Positions 26,882 through 35,413 of a DNA stretch of 64,000 bases are shown here, one piece after another (positions within the stretch are counted from its first letter, which is position 1; the number at the start of each line of letters is the position of its first letter). The notes beneath the pieces were generated by a model. It was given only the letters and a program-made list of their open reading frames with translations, made no database searches and was not told the DNA's origin. The translations under genes were made by a program, and so were the position numbers. Source of the DNA: a virus; IMG/VR virus record IMGVR_UViG_3300047491_001507; one strand, 5' to 3'.

Positions 26882-27270
26882 CACTGACACTGACGCCAGC
26901 AGAAGCTTTTAGGATTGCCAAATCTAGGATGCAACCTTGTCCAGAATTAGCAGATATTATCGCTACTGATGCCTACTTTTCTTATGAATATGCCGCAGAA
27001 GTTCTTGGTGAACGTTTTCCCAAGGGCGAACCGGCAATTGCTAAGACACAATATGCTTATGATTATGCTTGTGGAATAATCAAAGGAAGATTTCCTGAAG
27101 GCGAGGAGGCTATTTCCAGTGACGCATATCTTGCCTGTTATTACGCTTTAAACGCCCTTGGGGAAAGATTTTTGGCAGGAGAACCAACGATTATTCGCAA
27201 TCCTGAATTTGCTCAGATTTATGCAGATGCGTTTGGTTTGGAAATGATTTTTATTGAGAAAGGAAAATAA
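26878..27270 (+). CDS. 33-aa repeat family protein (short, ~3 repeats)
   Basis: ATGA overlap with 25121..26881; same repeat. Confidence 0.6.
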   Translation: MTLTLTPAEAFRIAKSRMQPCPELADIIATDAYFSYEYAAEVLGERFPKGEPAIAKTQYAYDYACGIIKGRFPEGEEAISSDAYLACYYALNALGERFLAGEPTIIRNPEFAQIYADAFGLEMIFIEKGK

Positions 27271-27272
27271 AC

Positions 27273-29504
27273 ATGAACGTGAATCCTGAAATAGTACGAA
27301 AAGCTTACAATTGTGCTGTGAGTTCTGACAATCGTTGTCCTGAATGGGAAGCAATCATTGCTACTGATGCATCTCACTCTTATAAATATGCTCTTAATCA
27401 TCTTGAAGGTCGTCGTTTTCTAGAAGGCGAAGCGGTAATTGCAAAAGACGCACAATGTGCCTTTTTTTATGCTAGAGATGTGATTGGTGGACGCTGGCCT
27501 GAAGCAGAAGAGGCAATTGCTACAGATGTACAATATGCCTTTTATTATGCTCGTAATGTGATTAAGGGTAGATTTCCAGAAGGCGAAAAGGCAATTGCCA
27601 CTGATGGTCATCTTGCTTTTTTATATGCTAAATTCACAGGAATGGATATTACTTTTGTTGAAAAACTTAAGTTTGCTAATCCAGCAGATGCTTATCGTTA
27701 TGCTTTCAATCATCCAGATAAGCGTTATCCTGAAGCGGAAGAGGTAATAGTAACAAATGCATATGTATCATATCTTTATGTCTGCAATGTTCTGAAAAGG
27801 CGTTGGGCAGAAGGTGAAGCGGTAATTGCAAAAAACGCACAAAATGCCTTTTTTTATGCTAGAGATGTGATTGGCGGACGCTGGCCTGAAGCAGAAGAGG
27901 CAATTGCTACAGATGCAAAATACGCCTGTTTGTATGCTATGGATGTAATTAAAGGGCGTTTTGCTGAAGGCGAACCAGCTATTGCTCAGAGTGCAGATTG
28001 GGCTTGGCTTTATGCTAAGAGCGTAATTAAGAGAAGATTTCCTGAAGCAGAAAAAGCAATTGCTCAGGTTAAATCTATTAATAGGGAATATTGTGATAAA
28101 TTCCCGTTGAAATTTGATAGTCCATCAAGTGCTTATCGTTATGCTATTGCCCACCCAAAGCAATGTTGTCCTGAAGTAGAAGATAAAATAGCAGAAAATG
28201 CCTACATGTCATATCTTTATGCTCTTCATGTTTTAAAATCTCGATTTCTTAAGGGAGAGAAAGCAATTGCTCAAGCAGCACCAACTGCTTATATTTATGC
28301 CAAAGACATTATTAAAGGTAGGTTTCCTGAGGCAGAACCTGCTATTGCTAAAGATGCATATTATGCATTTCTTTATGCTTTGCAGATAATTAAAGGACGT
28401 TGGCCCGAAGCAGAGCCAACAATTATCAAAAATGCGGAATGGGCTTATCGTTATGCCGAAAAAATAATAAAGGCACGTTGGCCTGAGGCAGAAGCAGTAA
28501 TTGCTAAAAGCTCACCTTGGGCTTATAATTATGCCGTAGATATGATTAAGGATCGTTGGCCTGAGGCAGAATCTACGATCCTAGCATCAGCAGATGCATC
28601 CAAATATGCCAATAACTTTAAATTAACAATTACGCTGGAAAAACCGAAATTTACAACGCCAGTAGAAGCTTATGGCTATGCTAGAGATATAGTGAAAGGT
28701 CGTTGTCCTGAAGCAGAGCCGATGATTGCTCAGGATGCACAGTTTGCTGCTCTTTATGCCAAGAGCATAATTCAGGGTCGTTGGCCTGAAGGCGAAAAGG
28801 TGATTGCTCAGGATGCACATTGGGCTTGTTTTTATGCTATAAATGTAATCAAAGCTCGTTGGCCTGAGGGCGAAAAAGCAATTGCTCAGGATGCACATTA
28901 TGCTTATAGATATATTAAATATGTGATAAAAGATCGTTGGCCTGAAGCAGAGCCGATGATTGCTCAGGATGCATATTACGCTTGTTTTTATGCTATGAAT
29001 ACAATCAAAAGCCGTTGGCCTGAAGGTGAAGAGGCAATTGCTACAGATTCGTATCTTTACAAGAAATATTGCAAGGAATTTTCAATAGCAGAAGGTTATA
29101 ACCCGAAATTAATGACTCCAGTAGAAGCTTATAGTTACGCTAAAGATGTGTTAAAAGGTCGTTGTTCCGAATGCGAAGCAACAATTATTCAAAGTCCAAT
29201 TTTTGCATATCGTTATGCTCAAGATGTGTTAAAAGGTCGCTGGATTGAGGCAGAACCAGTAATCGCTACTGATCCTGGCATTGCATATCTCTATGCAGAC
29301 AAGATAATTAGAGGAAGATTTCCTGAGGCAGAAGTAGAAATTTCACGATCTGTATTTGCCTCCAAATATGCTGCTCTTTTTGGATTGGAATTTGCTGGTT
29401 TTAAACCAGAATTGACAAAAAGTAAAGAATCTGTTACTTTGGATGAAATTCTGACAAGACTTGAAAATTTGGAATCAAAATTGCACAATATGTTTTTATG
29501 CTAA
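27273..29504 (+). CDS. 33-aa repeat family protein (about 20 repeats) with C-terminal coiled coil
   Basis: Iterated VIKGRWPEAEExIA units over 743 aa. Confidence 0.65.
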   Translation: MNVNPEIVRKAYNCAVSSDNRCPEWEAIIATDASHSYKYALNHLEGRRFLEGEAVIAKDAQCAFFYARDVIGGRWPEAEEAIATDVQYAFYYARNVIKGRFPEGEKAIATDGHLAFLYAKFTGMDITFVEKLKFANPADAYRYAFNHPDKRYPEAEEVIVTNAYVSYLYVCNVLKRRWAEGEAVIAKNAQNAFFYARDVIGGRWPEAEEAIATDAKYACLYAMDVIKGRFAEGEPAIAQSADWAWLYAKSVIKRRFPEAEKAIAQVKSINREYCDKFPLKFDSPSSAYRYAIAHPKQCCPEVEDKIAENAYMSYLYALHVLKSRFLKGEKAIAQAAPTAYIYAKDIIKGRFPEAEPAIAKDAYYAFLYALQIIKGRWPEAEPTIIKNAEWAYRYAEKIIKARWPEAEAVIAKSSPWAYNYAVDMIKDRWPEAESTILASADASKYANNFKLTITLEKPKFTTPVEAYGYARDIVKGRCPEAEPMIAQDAQFAALYAKSIIQGRWPEGEKVIAQDAHWACFYAINVIKARWPEGEKAIAQDAHYAYRYIKYVIKDRWPEAEPMIAQDAYYACFYAMNTIKSRWPEGEEAIATDSYLYKKYCKEFSIAEGYNPKLMTPVEAYSYAKDVLKGRCSECEATIIQSPIFAYRYAQDVLKGRWIEAEPVIATDPGIAYLYADKIIRGRFPEAEVEISRSVFASKYAALFGLEFAGFKPELTKSKESVTLDEILTRLENLESKLHNMFLC

Positions 29505-29510
29505 ATCTTT

Positions 29511-29576
29511 AAATGAAGGTTGCAACTAGAAATGAAGGTTGCAACTAGAAATGAAGGTTGCAACTAGAAATCAAGG
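29511..29576. repeat. 19-bp direct repeat x3 (plus a degenerate fourth), each carrying the 8-bp palindrome GTTGCAAC; candidate operator or iteron
   Basis: AAATGAAGGTTGCAACTAG appears 3 times head-to-tail, then AAATCAAGG; lies between 27273..29504 and the next gene. Confidence 0.6.
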
Positions 29577-29586
29577 TAGGAGTAAA

Positions 29587-29754
29587 ATGACTTTATCTGA
29601 TCAAGAATACATCGAATGTCTGAATAAAGAAGTTAAAGGTTTGTGTGAATGGGTTACCAGTCGAGGTAAAACCATTCACAAATTAGAAAAACAGATCCGA
29701 AGAATGCGAAAAAAGATCAGAAATCTACGTCAAAATTTGAAGGATAAAACATGA
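29587..29754 (+). CDS. small RKSASQH-family-related protein
   Basis: AGGAG SD; GKTIHKLEKQIRRMRKKIRNLRQNL resembles the family N-terminal motif. Confidence 0.4.
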   Translation: MTLSDQEYIECLNKEVKGLCEWVTSRGKTIHKLEKQIRRMRKKIRNLRQNLKDKT

Positions 29755-30305
29755 AAACATTAGCACTTACTTGGCAGCAATTAAATATCGAAATTAAAAC
29801 TATCTATGCTAAATTATTAGCCAGAGGTAAAACTATCGACAAATTGGAACGGAAACTCAAAAAACTGCGAAGAAAAAGTGCTAGCCAACATCAATATCTG
29901 GGCAAATATTCAAAATTTGAAGATGAGAATTCTGAATTAAAAACCAAAAATATAAAATTGGAGGATGCATGCAGTGAATTAGTTAGACGATTAAATGAAC
30001 TGACAAACAAAAATGAAGGACTTGTGGCTGAAAATGAAGAACTAAGACGATCAAATGCGAATTTGGCGGAAATTAATTTTAAATTTGAAAGATTTGAATC
30101 CAAAACAGCATCGAAAAAAAGATGGTTGCCAGATCACTATCAGTGGAGTCTTTTCAATAGTAAATTAGATTTTTTTCTAAAAAATATAGTCGAGACCACT
30201 TTTTCCGTAGTGTGTATCTTAATTGCTTTGGCCATATTGGGTTTTAGTTTAGGCTGCTTCGGTTATGGAGTCTATTTTTGTCTTGGTTATTTAGGTTTAA
30301 GATAA
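29751..30305 (+). CDS. RKSASQH-motif family protein with coiled coil and C-terminal TM helices
   Basis: GKTIDKLERKLKKLRRKSASQHQYL; hydrophobic C-terminus. Confidence 0.55.
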   Translation: MKTLALTWQQLNIEIKTIYAKLLARGKTIDKLERKLKKLRRKSASQHQYLGKYSKFEDENSELKTKNIKLEDACSELVRRLNELTNKNEGLVAENEELRRSNANLAEINFKFERFESKTASKKRWLPDHYQWSLFNSKLDFFLKNIVETTFSVVCILIALAILGFSLGCFGYGVYFCLGYLGLR

Positions 30306-30345
30306 TATGTTATATATTCCAGGCACTACAAGGGAAAGGGCACGG

Positions 30346-30786
30346 ATGATTTCACGAAGAGAATTTTTGGTAACAACCGCTTTGGGTGCAACTTTAGGCG
30401 TAACAGGTTTAAATGCCCAAAAAACTGACAGTCGGCATGTGTGTTATGTTGTTTACAAGGGAGACTATATTGGGGCAATTGTTGGATATAATCCAAATGA
30501 AGCGTGGAAAATCGCTTTGAAGCAATTTCCAGACTTCCATTTCTTAAGTCATTGTTGTCCACTTGATTCACAAAACAATAAGGACAATGGTCAAAAAGGC
30601 GAAGAGATTTTCTATAATCTTTGGACAGAAGATGGAAGTGAATTTTTTGGATCTGTTCTTACTTCAAAGGGTTTTGTGCCAGCACTTCGACACGCTTTGA
30701 AGACTTGGCCTGATCGACAATTTGTATTTGCAGATTGGGATCAGATGAATCCTTGTAAAAAACTTTCTTGGGGAGACATTTCATGA
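30346..30786 (+). CDS. putative Tat-secreted protein (paralog of 17477..17926)
   Basis: MISRREFLVTTALGATLGVTG is a twin-arginine motif. Confidence 0.55.
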   Translation: MISRREFLVTTALGATLGVTGLNAQKTDSRHVCYVVYKGDYIGAIVGYNPNEAWKIALKQFPDFHFLSHCCPLDSQNNKDNGQKGEEIFYNLWTEDGSEFFGSVLTSKGFVPALRHALKTWPDRQFVFADWDQMNPCKKLSWGDIS

Positions 30787-31046
30787 CACCAGACGAACGA
30801 ATTGCTGAACTTGAAGCACAAGTCGAAAAGTTAACTCGTGAAAATGAGAAATACACCCTTTTCTTCAAAGACTTGAGTAAAAAATACGAAGAATGTACCG
30901 AAGGTCTGAATTTTGAAGAAGAAGATTTGCTGCAAGCACAGGCTCTATTATCTCTGGCTACACTTGGGATGGTGGATTCCGAAATGATTGCTTTGGCACT
31001 TGCTTCTGCCAGATTGAGGGAAAAGTTGAAATCAGCGGAAAGGTAA
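30783..31046 (+). CDS. hypothetical coiled-coil protein
   Basis: ATGA overlap at the ATG at 30783. Confidence 0.45.
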   Translation: MTPDERIAELEAQVEKLTRENEKYTLFFKDLSKKYEECTEGLNFEEEDLLQAQALLSLATLGMVDSEMIALALASARLREKLKSAER

Positions 31047-31049
31047 ACA

Positions 31050-31217
31050 ATGTGTTTATTTCATAAATGGGATAATAATGATTGTCGCTGGCCTAGTTTA
31101 AGCGTATCACTTGAACCAGAAAATAAAGAAAGAACCTGCTTGAAATGTGGCGAAAAACAGGAATGGATACAATATCCTCTGCATATCGGTTTTATGACTG
31201 ATCAGCCTTGGGGTGTT
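31050..31217 (+). CDS. zinc-ribbon-like N-terminal portion of the 160-codon ORF 31050..31532 (no stop before the tRNA-like element)
   Basis: CRWPS...CLKCGEKQEW; the reading frame continues through the tRNA-like sequence, so the gene boundaries are uncertain. Confidence 0.3.
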
Positions 31218-31233
31218 TGGAGAAGAAAAATAA

Positions 31234-31308
31234 GCCAGTGTAGCTCAAATGGAAGAGTCTCGTGTCATTGTGGCATGGGAGATGTTGGTTCGAATCCAAC
31301 CACTGGCT
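31234..31308 (+). tRNA. tRNA-like element (possible degenerate tRNA or tRNA remnant); anticodon arm non-canonical
   Basis: Exact 7-bp acceptor GCCAGTG/CACTGGC, D-arm TAGCTCAAATGGAAGAGT and T-arm GTTGG-TTCGAAT-CCAAC at correct tRNA spacing (75 nt), but the middle 25 nt fold into an 8-bp hairpin with a 5-nt loop. Confidence 0.45.
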
Positions 31309-31319
31309 TGGAGGAAAAA

Positions 31320-31532
31320 ATGAAAAAATTTGATTCAAAAGAGGAATTAGACTTATTTTTGAGATCTAAACATCGTCCTTATGATGTTGATACCCATTGG
31401 CAAATGGAAGATATGGAATATCAGTTTCCCATTTGGACAGAATTTTTAGGGACCACCCATCTGGGGGCTGCATTCAAAGTAAGAAATCGTGAACAAATGT
31501 TGGCTCTTAAACAAATTTTTATGGATTTATAA
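31320..31532 (+). CDS. hypothetical protein (C-terminal portion of ORF 31050..31532, or an independent gene)
   Basis: ATG at 31320 preceded by GGAGGAAAAAA; in frame with the upstream ORF. Confidence 0.4.
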   Translation: MKKFDSKEELDLFLRSKHRPYDVDTHWQMEDMEYQFPIWTEFLGTTHLGAAFKVRNREQMLALKQIFMDL

Positions 31533-31534
31533 AC

Positions 31535-31768
31535 ATGGCGGCATCCACTGGAATTGACGGCCTGATCGAGGCATTGAAAATCTTTCGAAAGTATGGGAAC
31601 CCACCGTATCCAACCGCCTGCCGATTCGATGAGTTGATCATCGTTGGCATTACGCCTGAGCAGGTTAGTGATGAGGACAAGGCTAGTCTCGATAAACTAG
31701 GGTTCATTGTCAGCAATGAGGATGACGAGTGCGAGTGTTTCAAATCGTTCAGATATGGATCGGCGTAG
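31535..31768 (+). CDS. hypothetical small protein on a GC-rich island
   Basis: 77-aa ORF with ~50% GC against ~36% background. Confidence 0.5.
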   Translation: MAASTGIDGLIEALKIFRKYGNPPYPTACRFDELIIVGITPEQVSDEDKASLDKLGFIVSNEDDECECFKSFRYGSA

Positions 31769-31769
31769 A

Positions 31770-32012
31770 ATGGCTGAAAAAGAAATTGAAATTACCATTA
31801 TAGTTGAAAAAAATCATGAAAATTATAATGGCGGTTACGACGAATATCGAAGTGTTATTAGAGATCCTAAATCTACATCTGACATTTGGCAGTCAGATTG
31901 GTGCGATTCACCTATGACGGTATTTAAAAAAGCTGCCAAGATTCTAGCGAAAATGCCCACAGATTTTCTCTATGCAGCTAAACATAATATCCAAATAAAG
32001 GACGAGGAATGA
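31770..32012 (+). CDS. hypothetical protein
   Basis: ORF 31707.. trimmed to the ATG at 31770 directly after the upstream stop. Confidence 0.45.
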   Translation: MAEKEIEITIIVEKNHENYNGGYDEYRSVIRDPKSTSDIWQSDWCDSPMTVFKKAAKILAKMPTDFLYAAKHNIQIKDEE

Positions 32013-32287
32013 TTGGCGAAAGGGTTTGTTGGTTTCAGCTTCATCTTAATTCATCAACCGACTACGGCTATACTGTTTTTTATGGCACATGTGTTGGAGA
32101 ATCTCCTTTAGAAGATGGCTATATTTGTGAGCCTGATAACGGGAAAGTCACCAGATGGGTTCCCAAGGCAGATGTAAAAATTGATCCTAAAGAACTAAAA
32201 CAAGCAGCATTAGATCGGCTTGAATGGCTGCGTAGAGAATATAATGCTGGGTTGGATAATTTATTCGACTCAATTAGTCAATGGTGA
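32009..32287 (+). CDS. hypothetical protein
   Basis: 92-aa ORF; ATGA overlap. Confidence 0.5.
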   Translation: MIGERVCWFQLHLNSSTDYGYTVFYGTCVGESPLEDGYICEPDNGKVTRWVPKADVKIDPKELKQAALDRLEWLRREYNAGLDNLFDSISQW

Positions 32288-32290
32288 TTT

Positions 32291-32512
32291 ATGAGAGAGA
32301 CTGTGCATAGAAGATGGAAAGATTTTACTGATCGATTTGTATTTAGACGAAATATTAAGCGAGATATTGCTTATCGTTTAATGAGAGAGGGAGAGGAAGC
32401 TAGACAAAAAGCCAGGGAAGAAGCGGAAGACGCTAAAAGAAGAGAGCGTATTCGTGAATATGAATACCAACAAGCATTAAGACTTTTTAGTATATATCAG
32501 GGTGGTGATTGA
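32291..32512 (+). CDS. hypothetical basic coiled-coil protein
   Basis: 73-aa ORF, Arg/Glu-rich. Confidence 0.45.
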   Translation: MRETVHRRWKDFTDRFVFRRNIKRDIAYRLMREGEEARQKAREEAEDAKRRERIREYEYQQALRLFSIYQGGD

Positions 32513-32694
32513 TGTCCAAAGAAAAGAAATGGTTGGAATACGCCCATCTTCATCCTGTAGAATGGAAATCCTACTTAGGTAGCTGTAATTGTTATGTTTG
32601 TGTGAAATATCGAGCAGATTTTGAACAGTGGCTAAAAAAACAAGACATTTCTCAAATTAATTCCATGAAATGGAAGGGAAATCGTGTCATCTAA
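32509..32694 (+). CDS. hypothetical small Cys-containing protein
   Basis: 61-aa ORF; ATGA overlap. Confidence 0.45.
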   Translation: MMSKEKKWLEYAHLHPVEWKSYLGSCNCYVCVKYRADFEQWLKKQDISQINSMKWKGNRVI

Positions 32695-32707
32695 AGGAGT
32701 TGAAGTC

Positions 32708-34048
32708 ATGAAATTTAAATCACTACAAGAAGCTTATAATCATGTTCTTGTTTATGGGCCTTCTCCTGAAGCAGAATCTGTCATTGCTACAAATTCAGCA
32801 TGGTCTTATGTTTATGCTCGTGATATAATTAAAGGCAGATTCCCTTTGGGCGAGGCAGCGATTGCCACAGATACAATCAGATCTTATGAATACGCTCTCA
32901 ATGTGCTTAAAGGTAGATTTCCTGAAGGCGAGAAAATAATTGCCACAAATCCACGGTGGTCATATGAATATGCTCTCAATGTGATTAAAGGCAGATTTCC
33001 TGAAGGCGAACCGGAAATTGCTGCAAGTAGTGTTTATGCTTGGCTTTATTCTAGAAGTGTTGGCTTGCTCAAACCGGAATTGAAATTTATGAAACCAGCA
33101 GAAGCTTACGATCATGCTAAAGATGTGGTAAAAGGTCGTTGTCCTGAAGCAGAAGTAGAAATTATTAAAAGTGCAGAATATTCTTATTATTATGCAACAA
33201 ATGTTTTGAAGTCTCGCTTTCCTGAAGGCGAAGCAACAATTGCTCAGGATGCACAATGGTCTTATCATTATGCTCTTTATGTTTTGAATGGGCGATTTCC
33301 GTTGGGCGAAGCAGTAATTATTCAAGATCCATTTTATGCATGTTACTATGCAGTAAATGTTATGAAAGATCGTTGGCCTGAAGCAGAGGCGACGATTTCA
33401 AGGTCTACTAACCTTGTCAGTAAATATGCAGATCAGTTTAAATTGGCGGTGACACTTGCTGACACACCGTTGAAATTTGCAACAATAAAAGAAGCTTATA
33501 GTTATGCTCAGAATCATCCAAGAGAACATTGTCCTGAAGCAGAAAAGATGATCGCTCAAGATGCTTCAACTTCTTATTTGTATGCTAGATATGTGATTAG
33601 AAAGCGTTTTCCAGAAGGCGAAGTAACAATTGCAAGAAACCCCTCTTCTGCTTATTATTATGCCAACGAAGTGATTGGTGGACGTTGGCCTGAATGTGAA
33701 GCAGAACTTGCTAAAAATGTACAATATGCTTATCTTTATGTTGTAAATATAATCAAGGGTCGTTGGTTTGAAGCTGAAGCAGCGATTGTTCAAAACCCAG
33801 AATATGCTTGCCTATATGCGATAAATGTTCTAAAGGCTCGTTGGCCTGAAGCAGAAGAAGGAATTTTGAAACATTCTGATCCTGTTCATGCTTATAAATA
33901 TGCTGAACATTTTAAATTGACATTCTCTAGTTTCATGCCGAAACCGAAATCCGAATTGACACTAAGTTCTGCAATTGATAAAATTGACACCATAGAAAAA
34001 CAAATAGCAAGTTTGGAAAAAAGACTTTCTAATTTGGAAGAACAATAA
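32708..34048 (+). CDS. 33-aa repeat family protein with C-terminal coiled coil
   Basis: AAGGAG SD before the ATG at 32708 (the track start at 32684 is a GTG); iterated VIKGRFPEGE units. Confidence 0.65.
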   Translation: MKFKSLQEAYNHVLVYGPSPEAESVIATNSAWSYVYARDIIKGRFPLGEAAIATDTIRSYEYALNVLKGRFPEGEKIIATNPRWSYEYALNVIKGRFPEGEPEIAASSVYAWLYSRSVGLLKPELKFMKPAEAYDHAKDVVKGRCPEAEVEIIKSAEYSYYYATNVLKSRFPEGEATIAQDAQWSYHYALYVLNGRFPLGEAVIIQDPFYACYYAVNVMKDRWPEAEATISRSTNLVSKYADQFKLAVTLADTPLKFATIKEAYSYAQNHPREHCPEAEKMIAQDASTSYLYARYVIRKRFPEGEVTIARNPSSAYYYANEVIGGRWPECEAELAKNVQYAYLYVVNIIKGRWFEAEAAIVQNPEYACLYAINVLKARWPEAEEGILKHSDPVHAYKYAEHFKLTFSSFMPKPKSELTLSSAIDKIDTIEKQIASLEKRLSNLEEQ

Positions 34049-34246
34049 ATGACGACAAAACAAGAAAATACTTTGCAATTTTTTGAAATTTTTTCAAAAC
34101 TGATAGACGAGCCAGAGGAATTTGATCTCAAACTGATGATTGAATTACTTGACGGCAAAAATCCTGATGATGATTACGCACTGATAGCAATAGAAGAACT
34201 TTCCATATATGCAGAGACTAAAAATCACGAGCTAACTGGAGACTAA
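34049..34246 (+). CDS. hypothetical acidic small protein
   Basis: 65-aa ORF; TAAATG junction. Confidence 0.45.
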   Translation: MTTKQENTLQFFEIFSKLIDEPEEFDLKLMIELLDGKNPDDDYALIAIEELSIYAETKNHELTGD

Positions 34247-34247
34247 A

Positions 34248-34499
34248 ATGTCACCTAAAGTGTTTTCAGCATTGAAGTTTCTTCATGTTGTGGATTATTG
34301 TCCTAATTGCGACAGTGCCTGGACAGGAGGCAACCCTGATCCTGCAAATCGCACTTTTTGTATGGTTTGTGGAGATAGAAAAGGTAAAATTACTGGTTGG
34401 GTCTGGGGCAAGGCAATCGATCCGTTTTGTTGGATCGGTCGATTAATTGTTGATAGAAATTTTGAATACTATCAAAGGAATAAACAAAATGCCAAATGA
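34248..34499 (+). CDS. zinc-ribbon small protein
   Basis: CPNCDSAW...CMVCGD. Confidence 0.5.
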   Translation: MSPKVFSALKFLHVVDYCPNCDSAWTGGNPDPANRTFCMVCGDRKGKITGWVWGKAIDPFCWIGRLIVDRNFEYYQRNKQNAK

Positions 34500-34782
34500 T
34501 CCAAAACGACCTTATCCCGAAGGTATAGCCTGGGATGAAGCATGGAGACAAAGACAAAGAGCAGATTTGCTGGAGAAACAATTGAAACGATTAAAACCTT
34601 TAGAGTTTGAGAATTATGTCTGTAAGTATGGACAATTGTACGAATTTTTAATCGCTGATGCACTTTCTTTCTTAGATGAAAGAGAAACAAGTTGGTGTTT
34701 GGATGAGCCCATAGATCGTGATGAATACATTGAAGGTCTTATCAAAGCAGCAAAGAAGGGAAGAGAAAATGGGAAGTGCTGA
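34489..34782 (+). CDS. hypothetical protein
   Basis: ORF 34447.. (TTG start in the track) trimmed to the ATG at 34489. Confidence 0.45.
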   Translation: MPNDPKRPYPEGIAWDEAWRQRQRADLLEKQLKRLKPLEFENYVCKYGQLYEFLIADALSFLDERETSWCLDEPIDRDEYIEGLIKAAKKGRENGKC

Positions 34783-35068
34783 GTACAAGGCTTTTAACAA
34801 TTTTATCAAAAATACTTGTGGATTGAATAAGGCTGAAATTCATGAAATGGTCAAGACAATCATCCAAAGTATGGTTGAAGAAGAAATACGAAACTATTTT
34901 AAATCTCGTTCATTTCTCGGCCAAATTACGGCAACACTTGCCAAATATCGCTCCAGTACATTTGAGGATGTAATTCGGGCTGATATCACCAAAGCAGTTG
35001 AAACAGTGATAAGAGAAAAGATGGATGAGTTGGGATTTAAGTTTGTTTTCGAAAAAAAGGAAAAATAA
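34769..35068 (+). CDS. hypothetical protein
   Basis: ORF 34718.. trimmed to the ATG at 34769 with a GAAGGGAAGAG SD. Confidence 0.45.
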   Translation: MGSAEYKAFNNFIKNTCGLNKAEIHEMVKTIIQSMVEEEIRNYFKSRSFLGQITATLAKYRSSTFEDVIRADITKAVETVIREKMDELGFKFVFEKKEK

Positions 35069-35412
35069 TGATTACTGTAAAGATTGATGTGGAACCGACT
35101 AAAAGTTATTCTTTAAGGGAATTGCTTGGGAAAAGTTCTGATAAGAATGCATTTATTGGTCGATGCGGCAATGGTCCAGCCAGTCTTTATATTATTGGAC
35201 TTACTGGAATATTTCTTGCTGAAGATCCCAGGCGTTTTTGGAACTCTCCCAATTGCTCAGTTGTTGTTACTAAATTTGTAGATCTGGTTATTACTGTCAA
35301 AGATGACTCAATACCGAGCGATGATGTGGATGTTATTCGATGTAATTTAGAGGGCATGGGGGTCGATCTTTCGGATTTTTTCGGCTGCGATTTTGTAGAA
35401 AGAAAAGAATAA
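35068..35412 (+). CDS. hypothetical protein
   Basis: 114-aa ORF; TAATG junction. Confidence 0.5.
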   Translation: MITVKIDVEPTKSYSLRELLGKSSDKNAFIGRCGNGPASLYIIGLTGIFLAEDPRRFWNSPNCSVVVTKFVDLVITVKDDSIPSDDVDVIRCNLEGMGVDLSDFFGCDFVERKE

Positions 35413-35413
35413 C

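Noticed and set aside
29511-29576. Possible CRISPR array
   Set aside because: Only 3-4 contiguous 19-bp repeats with no spacers. No cas genes in the window.
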